64,000 bases of DNA from Eledone cirrhosa. Its lineage: Eukaryota. Where the stretch lies: the NCBI GenBank assembly GCA_964016885.1, contig OZ024743.1, positions 136,586,001 to 136,650,000 on the forward strand, written 5' to 3'. The notes beneath the pieces were generated by a model that was not told the origin of the DNA, made no database searches, and was given only the letters and a program-made list of their open reading frames with translations. The first letter of the stretch is position 1; every line of letters starts with the position of its first letter. The translations under genes and the position numbers were made by a program. Below are positions 38,501-50,700 of this stretch, in pieces.

Positions 38501-40980
38501 TTGTTGCTTGGTACTTGGTTCATGGTGTTTGGTGCTGGGTGCTTGGTGTTTGGTGCTTGGTGCTTGGTGTTTGGTGTTTGGTGCTTGGTGTTTGGTGTTT
38601 GGTGCTTGGTGCTTGGTGTTTGTTGCTTGGTACTTGGTGCATGGTGTTTGGTGCTGGGTGCTTGGTGTTTGGTGCTTGGTGTTTGGTGCTTGGTGCTTGG
38701 TGTTTGGTGTTTGGTGTTTGGTGTTTGGTGTTTGATGCTTGGTGCTTGGTGCTTGGTGTTTGGTGCTTGGTGTTTGTACTTGGTGCTTGGTGTTTTGTGC
38801 TTGGTCCTTTGTGTTTGGTGTTTGGTGCTTGGTGCTTGGTGCTTGGTGTTAGGTGTTTGGTGCTTGGTGCTTGGTGTTTGGTGTTTGGTCCTTGGTGCTT
38901 GGTGTTTAGTGCTTGGTGCTTGGTGTTTGTTGTTTGGTGCTTTCTGCTTGCTGCTTGGCGTTTGGTGCTTGGTGCTTGGTGCTTGGTGTTTGGTGTTTGG
39001 TGCTAGGTGCTTGGTGTTTGGTGTTTGGTGTTTGATGCTTGGTGTTTGGTGCTTGGTGTTTGGTGTTTTGTGCTTGGTGCTTGGGGCTTGGTGTTTAGTG
39101 CTTGGTGCTTGGTGCTTGGTGTTTGGTGCTTGGTGCTTGGTGTTTGGTGTTTGGTGTTTGGTGCTTGGTGCTTGGTGTTTGGTGCTTGGTGCTTGGTGCT
39201 GGGTGGTTGGTATTTGGTGCTTGGTGCTTGGTGTTTGGTGCTTGGTGCTTGGTGTTTGGTGCTTGGTGCTTGGTGCTTGGTCTTTGGTGCTTGGTGTTTG
39301 GTGCTTGGTGCTTGGTGCTTGGTGTTTGGTGCTTGGTGATTAGTGTTTGGTGCTTGGTGCTTGGGGTTTGGTGTTTGGTGCTTGGTACTTGGTGTTTGGT
39401 GCTTGGTGTTTGGTGTTTGCTGTTTGGTGTTTGGTGTTTGCTGTTTGCTGTTTGCTGTTTGCTTTTTGGTGTTTGGTGTTTGCTGTATGGTGTTTGCTGT
39501 TTGGTGTTTGGTGTTTGCTGTTTGGTGTTTGGTGTTTGCTGTTTGGTCTTTGGTGCTTGGTGTTTGGTGCTTGGTGCTTGGTGTTTGGTGTTTGGTGCTT
39601 GGTGCTTGGTGTTTGGTGTTTGTTGCTTGGTGCTTGGTGCTTGGTGTTTGGTGTTTGGTGTTTGGTGCTTGGTGTCTGGTGCTTGGTGTTTGGTGTTTGG
39701 TGTTTGGTGCTTGGTGTTTGGTGTTTGCTGTTTGGTGCTTGGTGTTTGGTGTTTGGTGTTTGGTGTTTGGTGCTTGTTGCTTGGTGCTTGGTGCTTGGGG
39801 TTCGGTTCTTGGTTCTTGGTGTTTGGTACTTGGTGCTTGGTGTTTGGTCCTGGGTGCTTGGTGTTTGGTGCTTGGTGCTTGGTGCTTGCTGTTTGGTGTT
39901 TGGTGCTTGGTGCTTGGTGTTTGGTGTTTGGTGTTATATGCTTGGTGTTTGATGCTTGGTGCTTGGTGCTTGGTATTTGGTGTTTGGTGCTTGGTGTTTG
40001 TACTTGGTGCTTGGTTCTTGGTTCTTGGTGCTTGGTGCTTGGTGCTTGGTGCTTGGTGCTTGGTGTTTGGTGCTTGGTGTTTGGTGCTTGGTGTTTGGTG
40101 CTTGGTGCCTGGTGCTTGGTGCTTGGTGCTTGGTGTTTGGTGCTTGGTGTTTGGTGCTTGGTGTTAGGTGTTTGGTGCTTGTTGCTTGGTGTTTGGTGTT
40201 TCGTGCTTGGTGTTTGGTGCTTGGTGCTTGGTGTTTGGTGTTTGGTGCTTGGTGTTTGGTGCTTGGTACTTGGTGCTTGGTGCTTGGTGTTAGGTGTTTG
40301 GTGCTTGGTGCTTGGTGTTTGGTTTTTGGTGCTTGGTGCTTGGTGTTTGGTGTTTGGTGCTTGCTGCTGGCTGCTTGGTGTTTGGTGCTTGGTGCTTGGT
40401 GCTTGGTGCTTGGTGCTGGGTGGTTGGTGTTTGGTGCTTGGTGATTAGTGTTTGGTGCTAGGTGCTTGGGGTTTGGTGTTTGGTGCTTGGTGCTTGGTGT
40501 TTGGTGCTTGGTGCTTGGTGTTTGGTGCTTGGTGGTTGGTGTTTGCTGTTTGCTGTTTGCTGTTTGGTGTTTGTTGTTTGGTGTTTGTTGATTGGTGTTT
40601 GCTGTTTGGTGCTTGGTGCTTGGTCTTTGGTGCTTGGTGTTTGGTGTTTGGTGCTTGGTGCTTTGTGTTTGGTGCTTGGTGATTAGTGTTTGGTGCTTGG
40701 TGCTTGGGGTTTGGTGTTTGGTGCTTGGTACTTGGTGTTTGGTGCTTGGTGTTTGGTGTTTGCTGTTTGGTGTTTGGTGTTTGGTGTTTGCTGTATGGTG
40801 TTTGCTGTTTCGTGTTTGGTGTTTGCTGTTTGGTGTTTGGTGTTTGCTGTTCGGTGTTTGGTCTTTGGTGCTTGGTGTTTGGTGCTTGGTGCTTGGTGTT
40901 TGGTGTTTGGTGCTTGGTGTTTGGTGTTTGGTGCTTGGTGCTTGGTGCTTGGTGTTTGGTGTTTGGTGTTTGGTGCTTGG
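29579..40980. repeat. Copy 1 of ~11.4 kb direct tandem duplication
   Basis: Identical or near-identical ORF translations recur at offset 11,388 (29606/40994, 30866/42254, 32846/44234, 34190/45578), then 11,073 (35247/46320, 36360/47433, 38186/49259), then 11,066 (39343/50409, 40452/51518). Confidence 0.93.
36701..40980. repeat. Sub-family B domain (first block)
   Basis: Markers are the 6-bp unit in TGTTTG-TACTTGG (37115, 37534, 38037, 38771, 39995), GGCTTGA-TTTGG (36718), TTTGTCGCTTG (~36845), GGTTCATGG (~38517) and TTTTATGC. GGTATCTGG and GATCTTGGG are absent. Confidence 0.8.
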
Positions 40981-43900
40981 TGTTTGATGCTGCGTGCTTG
41001 GTGTTTGGTGTTTGGTGCTTGGTGCTTGGTGTTTGGTGTTTGGAGCTTGGTTCCTGCTGCTTGTTGTTTGGTGTTTGGTGCTTGGTGCTTGGTGTTTGGT
41101 GTTTGGTGCTTGGTGTTTGGTGCTTGGTATCTGGTGTTTGGTGCTTGATGTTTGGTGTTTGGTGCTTGGTGCTTGGTGCTTGGTGTTTGGTGTTTGGTGC
41201 TTGGTGCTTGGTGTTTGGTGCTTGGTGTTTGGTGTTTGGTGTTTGATGCTTGGTGTTTGCTGCTTGGTGCTTGGTGCTTGGTGTTTTGTGTTTGGTGCTT
41301 GGTGCCTGGTGCCTGGTGCTTGGTGCTTGGTGCTTGTTGTTTGGTGCTTGGTGCTTGGTGATTAGTGTTTGGTGCTTGGTGCTTGCGGTTTGATGCTTGG
41401 TGCCTGGGGTTTGGTGTTTGGTGCTTGGTGCTTGGTGTTTGGTGCTTGGTGCTTGGGGTTTGGTGTTTGGTGCTTGGTGCTTGGTGTTTGGTGCTTGGTG
41501 CTTGGTGTTTGGTGCTTGGTGTTTGGTGCTTGGTGCTTGGTGCTTGGTGCTTGGTGTTAGGTGTTTGGTGCTTGGTGCTTCGTGTTTGATGTTTGGTCCT
41601 TGGTGCTTGGTGTTTGGTGTTTGGTGCTTGGTGCTTGGTGTTTGGTGTTTGGTGCTTGCTGCTTGCTGCTTGGTGTTTGGTGCTTGGTGATTGGTGCTTG
41701 GTGTTTTGTGCTTGGTGCTTGGTGTTTGGTGTTTGGTGCTAGGGGCTTGGTGCTTGGTGCTTGGTGTTTGGTGCTTGGTGCTTGCTGTTTGGTGTTTGGT
41801 GCTTGGTGCTTGGTGCTTGGTGTTTGATCTTGGGTCCTTGGTGCTTGGTGTTTGGTGTTTGGTGCTTGGTGCTTGGTGTTTGGTGCTTGGTGCTTGGTGT
41901 TTGGTGTTTGGTGGTTGGTGCTTGGGGCTTGGTGTTTGGTGCTTGGTGCTTGGTGTTTGGTGCTTGGTGCTTGGGGCTTGGTAGTTGGTGCTTGGTGCTT
42001 GGTGCCTGGTGTTTGGTGTTTGGTGTTTGGTGCTTGGTGTTTGGTGCTTGGTGCTTGGTGCTGGGTGGTTGGTGTTTGGTGCTTGGTGCTTGGTGTTTGG
42101 TGCTTGGTGCTTGGTGCTTGTTGTTTGGTGCTTGGTGCTTGGTGCTTGGTCTTTGGTGCATGGTGTTTGGTGTTTGGCGTTTGGTGCTTGGTGCTTGGTG
42201 TTTGGTGCTTGGTGCTTGGTGCTTGGTGTTTGGTGCTTGGTTCTTGGTGATTAGTGTTTGTTGCTTGGTGCTTGGGGTTTGGTGGTTGGTCCTTGGTGCT
42301 TGGTGTTTGGTGTTTGGTGTTTGGTGTTTGGTGTTTGCTGTTTGGTGTCTGCTTTTTGGTGTTTGGTGTTTGCTGTATGGTGTTTGCTGTTTCGTATTTG
42401 GTTTTTGCTGTTTGGTGTTTGGTGTTTGCTGTTTTGTGTTTGGTGTTTGGTGCTTGGTGCTTGGTGCTTGGTGTTTGGCGTTTGGTGCTTGGAGCTTGGT
42501 GTTTGGTGCTTGGTGATTGGTGTTTGGTGTTTGGTGCTTGGTGCCTGGTGCTTGTTGTATGGTGTTTGGTGCTTGGTGCTTGGTGTTTGGTGTTTGCTGC
42601 TTGGTGTCTGGTGTTTGGTGCTTGGTGTTTGGTGTTTGGTGCTTGGTGCTTGGTGCTTGGTGTTTGGTGTTTGGTGCTTGGTGTTTGGTGTTTGGTGCTG
42701 GGTGCATGGAGTTTGGTGCTTGGTGCTTAGTGCTTGGTGTTTGGTGTTTGGTGCTTGGTATTTGGTGTTTGGTGTTTGATGCTTGGTGTGTGGTGCTTGG
42801 TGCTTGGTGTTTTGTGTTTGGTGCTTGGTGCTTGGTGCCTGGTGCTTGGTGCTTGGTGCTTGTTGTTTGGTGCTTGGTGCTTGGTGATTAGTGTTTGGTG
42901 CTTGGTCCTTGGGGTTTGCTGTTTGGTGCGTGGTGCTTGGTATTTGGTGCTTGGTGCTTGGTGTTTGGTGTTTGGTGCTTGGAGTTTGGTGTTTGGTGCT
43001 TGGTGCTTGGTGCTTGGTGTTTGGTGCTTGGTGCTTGGTGTTTGGTGCTTGGTGCTTCGTGTTTGGTGCTTGGTGTTTGGTGCTTGGTGCTTGGTGCTTG
43101 GTGCTTGGTGTTAGGTGTTTGGTGCTTGGTGATTGGTGTTTGATGTTAGGTTCTTGGTGCTTGGTGTTTGGTGTTTGGTGCTTGGTGCTTGGTGTTTGGT
43201 GTTTGGTGCTTGGTGTTTTGTGTTTGGAGTTTGGTGCTTGGTGTTTGGTGCTTCGGTCTTGGTGTTTGGTGTTTGGTGCTTGGTGCTTGGTGTTTGGTGT
43301 TTGGTGCCTGGTGCTTGGTGTTTGGTGGTTGATGTTTGGTGTTTGGTGATTGGTGCTTGGTGTTTGGTGCTTGGTGCTTGGTGCTTGGTGCTTGGTGTTA
43401 GGCGTTTGGTGCTTGGTGCTTGGTGATTGATGTTTGGTCCTTGGTGCTTGGTGTTTGGTATTTGGTGCTTGGTGCTTGGTGCTTGGTGTTTGGTGTTTGG
43501 TGCTTGCTGCTGCTGCTTGGTGTTTGGAGCTAGGGGCTTGGTGCTTGGTGCTTGGTGTTTGGTGCTTGGTGCTTGGTGTTTGGTGTTTGGTGCTTGGTGC
43601 GTGGGACTTGGTGTTTGTTGCTTGGTGTTTGGTGTTTGGTGTTTGGTGCTTGGTGCCTGGTGCTTGGTGTTTGGTGTTTGGTGCTTGGTGTTTGGTGCTT
43701 GGGGTTTCGTGCTTGGTGTTCGGTGCTTGGTGCTTGGTGCTTGGTGCTTGGTGTTTGGTGTTTGGTGCTTGGTGCTTGGTGTTTGATGTTTGGTCCTTGG
43801 TGCTTGGTGTTTGGTGTTGTGTGCTTGGTGCTTGGTGCTTGGTGTTTGGTGCTTGGTGCTTGGTGCTTGGTGTTTGGCGTTTGCTGTTTGCTGTTTGGTG

Positions 43901-46900
43901 TTTGCTGTTTGCTGTTTGGTGTTTGCTGTTTGGTGTTTGGTGTTTGGTGCTTGCTGTTTGGTGCTTGGTGCTTGGTGTTTGGTGTTTGGTGCTTGGTGTT
44001 TGGTGATTGGTGCTTGGTGCTGGGTGTTTGGTGCTTGGTGCTTGGTGTTTGGTGCTTGGTGCTTGGTGCTTGGTGTTTGGTCCTTGGTGCTTGGAGCTTG
44101 GTATTTGGTGCTTGGGTTTTGGTGTTTGGTGCTTGGTGCTTGGTGTTTGGTGCTTGGTGCTTGGTGCTTGGTGCTTGGTGTTTGGTGCTTGCTGCTTGGT
44201 GCTTGGTGTTTGGTGCTTGGTGCTTGGTGATTAGTGTTTGGTGATTGGTGCTTGGGGTTTGGTTTTTGGGGCTTGGTGTTTGGTGCTTGGTGCTTGCTGT
44301 TTGGTGTTTGGTGTTTGGTTCTTGGTGCTTGGTGTTTGGTGTTTGGTGTTTGGTGCTTGGTGCTTGGTGCTTGGTGTTTGGTGCTTGGTGCTTGGTGCTT
44401 GGTGTTTGGTGCTGCGTGCTTGGTGTTTGGTGTTTGGTGCTTGGTGCCTGGTGCTTGTTGTTTGGTGTTTGGTGCTTAGTGCTTGGTGTTTTGTGTTTGG
44501 TCCTTGGTGCTTGGTGGCTGGTGTTTGGTGCTTGGTGTTTGGAGTTTGGTGCTTGGTGCTTGGTGCCTGGTGTTTCGTGCTTGGTGCTTGGTGCTTGGTG
44601 TTTGGTGTTTGGTGCTTGGTGTTTGGTGTTTGGTGCTTGGTACTTGGTGCTTGGTGCTTGGTGCTTGGTGCTTGGTGTTTGGTGCTTGGTGTTTGATGCT
44701 GCGTGCTTGGTGTTTGGTGTTTGGTGCTTGGTGCTTGGTGTTTGGTGTTTGGAGCTTGGTGCCTGGTGCTTGTTGTTTGGTGTTTGGCGCTTGGTGCTTG
44801 GTGTTTGGTGTTTGGTGCTTGATGTTTGGTGTTTGGTGCTTGGTGCTTGGTGCTTGGTATCCGGTGTTTGGTGCTTGATGTTTGGTGTTTGGTGCTTGGT
44901 GTTTGGTGTTTGGTGCTTGGTGCTTGGTGTTTGGTGCTTGGTGTTTGGTGTTTGGTGTTTGATGCTTGGTGTTTGCTGCTTGGTGCTGGGTGCTTTGTGT
45001 TTTGTGTTTGGTGCTTGGTGCTTGGTGCCTGGTGCTTGGTGCTTGGTGCTTGTTGTCAGGTGCTTGGTGCTTGGTGATTAGTGTTTGGTGCTTGGTGCTT
45101 GCGGTATGGTGTTAGGTGCTTGGGGTTTGGTGTTTGGTGCTTGGTGCTTGGTGTTTGGTGCTTGGTGCTTGGTGCTTGGTGTTTGGTGCTTGGTGCTTGG
45201 TGTTTGGTGTTTGGTGCTTGGTGTTTGGTGTTTGGCGTTTGCTGTTTGGTGTTTGCTGTTTGGTGTTTGCTGTTTGGTGTTCGCTGTTTGGTGTTTGGTG
45301 TTTGGTGCTTGCTGTTTGGTGCTTGGTGCTTGGTGTTTGGTGTTTGGTGCTTGGTGCTTGGTGCTGGGTGTTTGGTGCTTGGTGCTTGGTGTTTGGTGCT
45401 TGGTGCTTGGTGCTTGGTGTTTGGTCCTTGGTGCTTGGTGCTTGGTCTTTGGTGCTTGGGTTTTGGTGTTTGGTGCTTGGTGCTTGGTGTTTGGTGCTTG
45501 GTTCTTGGTGCTTGGTGCTTGGTGTTTGGTGATTGCTGCTTGGTGCTTGGTGTTTGGTGCTTGGTGCTTGGTGATTAGTGTTTGGTGATTGGTGCTTGGG
45601 GTTTGCTGTTTGGTGCTTGGTGTTTGGTGCTTGGTGCTTGCTGTTTGGTGTTTGGTGTTTGGTTCCTGGTGCTTGGTTTTTGGTGTTTGGTGTTTGGTGC
45701 TTGGTGCTTGGTACTTGGTGTTTGGTGCTTGGTGCTTGGTGCTTGCTCTTTGGTGCTGCGTGCTTGGTGTTTGGTGTTTGGTGCTTGGTGCCTGGTGCTT
45801 GTTGTTTGGTGTTTGGTGCTTAGTGCTTGGTGTTTGGAGTTTGGTGCTGGGTGCTTGGTGCCTGGTGTTTCGTGCTTGGTGCTTGGTGCTTGGTGTTTGG
45901 TGTTTGGTGCTTGGTGTTTGGTGTTTGGTACTTGGTGTTTGATGCTGCGTGCTTGGTGTTTGGTGTTTGGTGCTTGGTGCTTGGTGTTTGGTGTTTGGAG
46001 CTTGGTGCCTGCTGCTTGTTGTTTGGTGTTTGGTGCTTGCTGCTTGGTGTTTGGTGTTTGGTGCTTGGTGCTTGGTGCTTGGTATCTGGTGTTTGGTGCT
46101 TGATGTTTGGTGTTTGGTGCTTGGTGCTGGGTGGTTGGTGTTTGGTGCTTGGTGCTTGGTGTTTGGTGCTTGGTGCTTGGTGCTTGTTGTTTGGTGCTTG
46201 GTGCTTGGTGCTTGGTCTTTGGTGCATGGTGTTTGGTGTTTGGTGCTTTGTGCTTGGTGCTTGGTGTTTGGTGCTTGGTGCTTGGTGCTTGGTGTTTGGT
46301 GCTTGGTGCTTGGTGATTAGTGTTTGTTGCTTGGTGCTTGGGGTTTGGTGGTTGGTGCTTGGTGCTTGGTGTTTGGTGTTTTGTGTTTGGTGTTTGCTGT
46401 TTGCTGTTTGGTGTCTGCTTTTTGGTGTTTGGTGTTTGCTGTATGGTGTTTGCTGTTTCGTATTTGGTTTTTGCTGTTTGGTGTTTGGTGTTTGCTGTTT
46501 GGTGTTTGGTGTTTGGTGTTTGGTGCTTGGTGCTTGGTGCTTGGTGTTTGGTGCTTGGTGCTTGGTGTTTGGTGTTTGGTGCCTGGTGCTTGTTGTATGG
46601 TGTTTGGTGCTTGGTGCTTGGTGTTTGCTGTTTGCTGCTTGGTGTCTGGTGTTTGGTGCTTGGTGTTTGGTGTTTGGTGCTTGGTGATTAGTGTTTGGTG
46701 ATTGGTGCTTGGGGTTTGGTGTTTGGGGCTTGGTGTTTGGTGCTTGGTGCTTGCTGTTTGGTGTTTGGTGTTTGGTGCTTGGTGTTTGGTGTTTGGTGTT
46801 TGGTGCTTGGTGCTTGGTGCTTGGTGTTTGGTGCTTGGTGCTTGGTGCTTGGTGTTTGGTGCTGCGTGCTTGGTGTTTCGTGTTTGGTGCTTGGTGCCTG

Positions 46901-47770
46901 GTGCTTATTGTTTGGTGTTTGGTGCTTAGTGCTTGGTGTTTGGTGTTTGGTCCTTGGTGCTTGGTGGCTGGTGTTTGGTGCTTGGTGTTTGGAGTTTGGT
47001 GCTTGGTGCTTGGTGCCTGGTGTTTCGTGCTTGGTGCTTGGTGTTTGGTGTTTGGTGCTTGGTACTTGGTGCTTGGTGCTTGGTGCTTGGTGTTTGGTGC
47101 TTGGTGTTTGATGCTGCGTGCTTGGTGTTTGGTGTTTGGTGCTTGGTGCTTGGTGTTTGGTGTTTGGTGCTTGATGTTTGGTGTTTGGTGCTTGGTGCTT
47201 GGTGCTTGGTATCTGGTGTTTGGTGCTTGATGTTTGGTGTTTGGTGCTTGGTGTTTGGTGTTTGGTGCTTGGTGCTTGGTGTTTGGTGCTTGGTGTTTGG
47301 TGTTTGGTGTTTGATGCTTGGTGTTTGCTGCTTGGTGCTTGGTGCTTTGTGTTTTGTGTATGGTGCTTGGTGCTTGGTGCCTGGTGCTTGGTGCTTGGTG
47401 CTTGTTGTTTGGTGCTTGGTGCTTGGTGATTAGTGTTTGGTGCTTGGTGCTGGCGGTTTGGTGTTTGGTGCTTGGGGTTTGGTGTTTGGTGCTTGGTGCT
47501 TGGTGTTTGGTGCTTGGTGCTTGGTGCTTGGTGTTTGGTGCTTGGTGCTTGGTGGTTGGTGCTTGGTGCTTGGTGTTTGGTGTTTGGCGTTTGCTGTTTG
47601 CTGTTTGGTGTTTGGTGTTTGCTGTTTGGTGTTTGCTGTTTGGTGTTTGGTGTTTGGTGCTTGCTGTTTGGTGCTTGGTGCTTGGTGTTTGGTGTTTGCT
47701 GTTTGGTGTTTGGTGCTTGCTGTTTGGTGCTTGGTGTTTGGTGCTTGGTGCTTGGTGTTTTGTGTTTGGT
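40981..47770. repeat. Sub-family A domain (second block, part of the 11.4 kb duplication)
   Basis: A markers return abruptly at 40981 (TGTTTGA-TGCTGCG) and match 29593 onward at offset 11,388. Confidence 0.85.
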
Positions 47771-50700
47771 GTTTGGTGCTTGGTGCTTGGGGCTTGATTT
47801 GGTGCTTGGTGCTTGGTGCTTGGTGTTTGGTGTTTGGTGCTTGGTGTTTGGTGCTTGGTGCTTGGTGCTGGGTGTTTGGTGCTTGGTGTTTGGTGCATGG
47901 TGCTTGGTGCTTGTTGTTTGTCGCTTGTTGCTTGGTGCTTGGTGTTTGGTGCTTGGTGCTTGGTGTTTGGTGTTTGGTGCTTGGTGCTTGGTGTTTGGTG
48001 TTTGGTGCTTGGTGTTTGGTGTTTGGTGCTTGGTGCTTGGTGTTTGCTGCTTGGTACTTGGTGCATGGTGTTTGGTGCTGGGTGCTTGGTGTTTGGTGCT
48101 TGGTGTTTGGTGCTTGGTGCTTGGTGTTTGGTGTTTGGTGTTTGATGCTTGGTGTTTTATGCTTGGTGCTTGGTGTTTGGTGCTTGGTGTTTGTACTTGG
48201 TGCTTGGTGCTTGGTGTTTTGTGCTTGGTTCTTGGTGTTTGGTGTCTGGTGCTTGGTACTTGGTGCTCGGTGTTAGGTGTTTGGTGCTTGGTACTTGGTG
48301 TTTGGTGTTTGGTCCTTGGTGCTTGGTGCTTGGTGTTTAGTGCTTGGTGCTTGGTGTTTGTTGTTTGGTGCTTTCTGCTTGCTGCTTGGTGTTTGCTGCT
48401 TGGTGCTTGGTGCTTGGTGTTTGGTGTTTGGTGCTAGGTGCTTGGTGTTTGGTGTTTGGTGTTTGATGATTGGTGTTTGGTGCTTGGTGTTTGGTGCTTG
48501 GTGCTTGGGGCTTGGTGTTTGGTGCTTGGTGCTTGGTGTTTGGTTTTTGGTGCTTGGTGCTTGGTGCTTGTTGCTTGGTCCTTGGTGTTTGGTGCTTGGT
48601 GCTTGGTGTTTGTACTTGGTGATTGGTGCTTGGTGTTTGGTTCTTGGTTCTTGGTGTTTGGTAATTGGTGCTTGGTGCTTGGTGCTTGGTGTTTGTTGTT
48701 TGGTGCTTGGTGTTTGGTGCTTGGTGCTTGGTGCTTGGTGTTAGGTGTTTGGTGCTTGGTGCTTGGTGTTTGGTGCTTGGTGTTTGGTGTTTGCTGTTTG
48801 GTGTTTGGTGTTTGGTGTTTGGTGTTTGCTGTTTGGTGTCTGCTTTTTGGTGTTTGGTGTTTGCTGTATGGTGTTTGCTGTTTCGTGTTTGGTGTTTGCT
48901 GTTTGGTGTTTGGTGTTTGCTGTTTGGTGTTTGGTCTTTGGTGCTTGGTGTTTGGTGCTTGGTGCTTGGTGTTTGGTGTTTGGTGCTTGGTGCTTGGTGC
49001 TTCGTGTTTGGTGTTTGGTGCTTGGGGTCTGGAGCTTGGTGTTTGGTGTTTGGTGCTTGGTGTTTGGTGTTTGGTGCTTGGTGCTTGGTGTTTGGTGCTT
49101 GGTGCTTGGTGTTTGTACTTGGTGCTTGGTGCTTGGTGTTTGGTGCTTGGTTCTTGGTGTTTGGTGCTTGGTGTTTGGTGCTTGGTGCTTGGTGTTTGGT
49201 GCTTGGTGCTTGGTGTTTGGTGTTTGGTGCTTGGTGCTTGGTGCTTGGTGTTTGATGTTTGGTGCTTGGTGCTTGGTGTTTGGTGTTTGGTTCTTGGTGC
49301 TTGGTATTTGGTGCTTGGTGCTTGCTGCTTGGTGTTTGGTGCTTGGTGATTGATGCTTGGTGTTTGATGCTTGGTGCTTGGTGTTTGGTTTTTGGTGCTA
49401 GGTGCTTGGTGTTTGGTGTTTGGTGCTTGGTGTTTGGTGTTTGCTGCTTGGTGCTTGGGGCTTGGTGTTTGGTACTTGGTGCTTGGTGCTTGGTGTTTGG
49501 TGCTTGGTGCTTGGTGTATGGTGTTTGGTGCTTGGTGTTTGGTGTTTGGTGCTTGGTGCTTGGTGTTTGTTGCTTGGTACTTGGTTCATGGTGTTTGGTG
49601 CTGGGTGCTTGGTGTTTGGTGCTTGGTGCTTGGTGTTTGGTGTTTGGTGCTTGGTGTTTGGTGTTTGGTGCTTGGTGCTTGGTGTTTGTTGCTTGGTACT
49701 TGGTGCATGGTGTTTGGTGCTGGGTGCTTGGTGTTTGGTGCTTGGTGTTTGGTGCTTGGTGCTTGGTGTTTGGTGTTTGGTGTTTGGTGTTTGGTGTTTG
49801 ATGCTTGGTGCTTGGTGCTTGGTGTTTGGTGCTTGGTGTTTGTACTTGGTGCTTGGTGTTTTGTGCTTGGTCCTTTGTGTTTGGTGTTTGGTGCTTGGTG
49901 CTTGGTGCTTGGTGTTAGGTGTTTGGTGCTTGGTGCTTGGTGTTTGGTGTTTGGTCCTTGGTGCTTGGTGTTTAGTGCTTGGTGCTTGGTGTTTGTTGTT
50001 TGGTGCTTTCTGCTTGCTGCTTGGCGTTTGGTGCTTGGTGCTTGGTGCTTGGTGTTTGGTGTTTGGTGCTAGGTGCTTGGTGTTTGGTGTTTGGTGTTTG
50101 ATGCTTGGTGTTTGGTGCTTGGTGTTTGGTGTTTTGTGCTTGGTGCTTGGGGCTTGGTGTTTAGTGCTTGGTGCTTGGTGCTTGGTGTTTGGTGCTTGGT
50201 GCTTGGTGTTTGGTGTTTGGTGTTTGGTGCTTGGTGCTTGGTGTTTGGTGCTTGGTGCTTGGTGCTGGGTGGTTGGTATTTGGTGCTTGGTGCTTGGTGT
50301 TTGGTGCTTGGTGCTTGGTGTTTGGTGCTTGGTGCTTGGTGCTTGGTCTTTGGTGCTTGGTGTTTGGTGCTTGGTGCTTGGTGCTTGGTGTTTGGTGCTT
50401 GGTGATTAGTGTTTGGTGCTTGGTGCTTGGGGTTTGGTGTTTGGTGCTTGGTACTTGGTGTTTGGTGCTTGGTGTTTGGTGTTTGCTGTTTGGTGTTTGG
50501 TGTTTGCTGTTTGCTGTTTGCTGTTTGCTTTTTGGTGTTTGGTGTTTGCTGTATGGTGTTTGCTGTTTGGTGTTTGGTGTTTGCTGTTTGGTGTTTGGTG
50601 TTTGCTGTTTGGTCTTTGGTGCTTGGTGTTTGGTGCTTGGTGCTTGGTGTTTGGTGTTTGGTGCTTGGTGCTTGGTGTTTGGTGTTTGTTGCTTGGTGCT

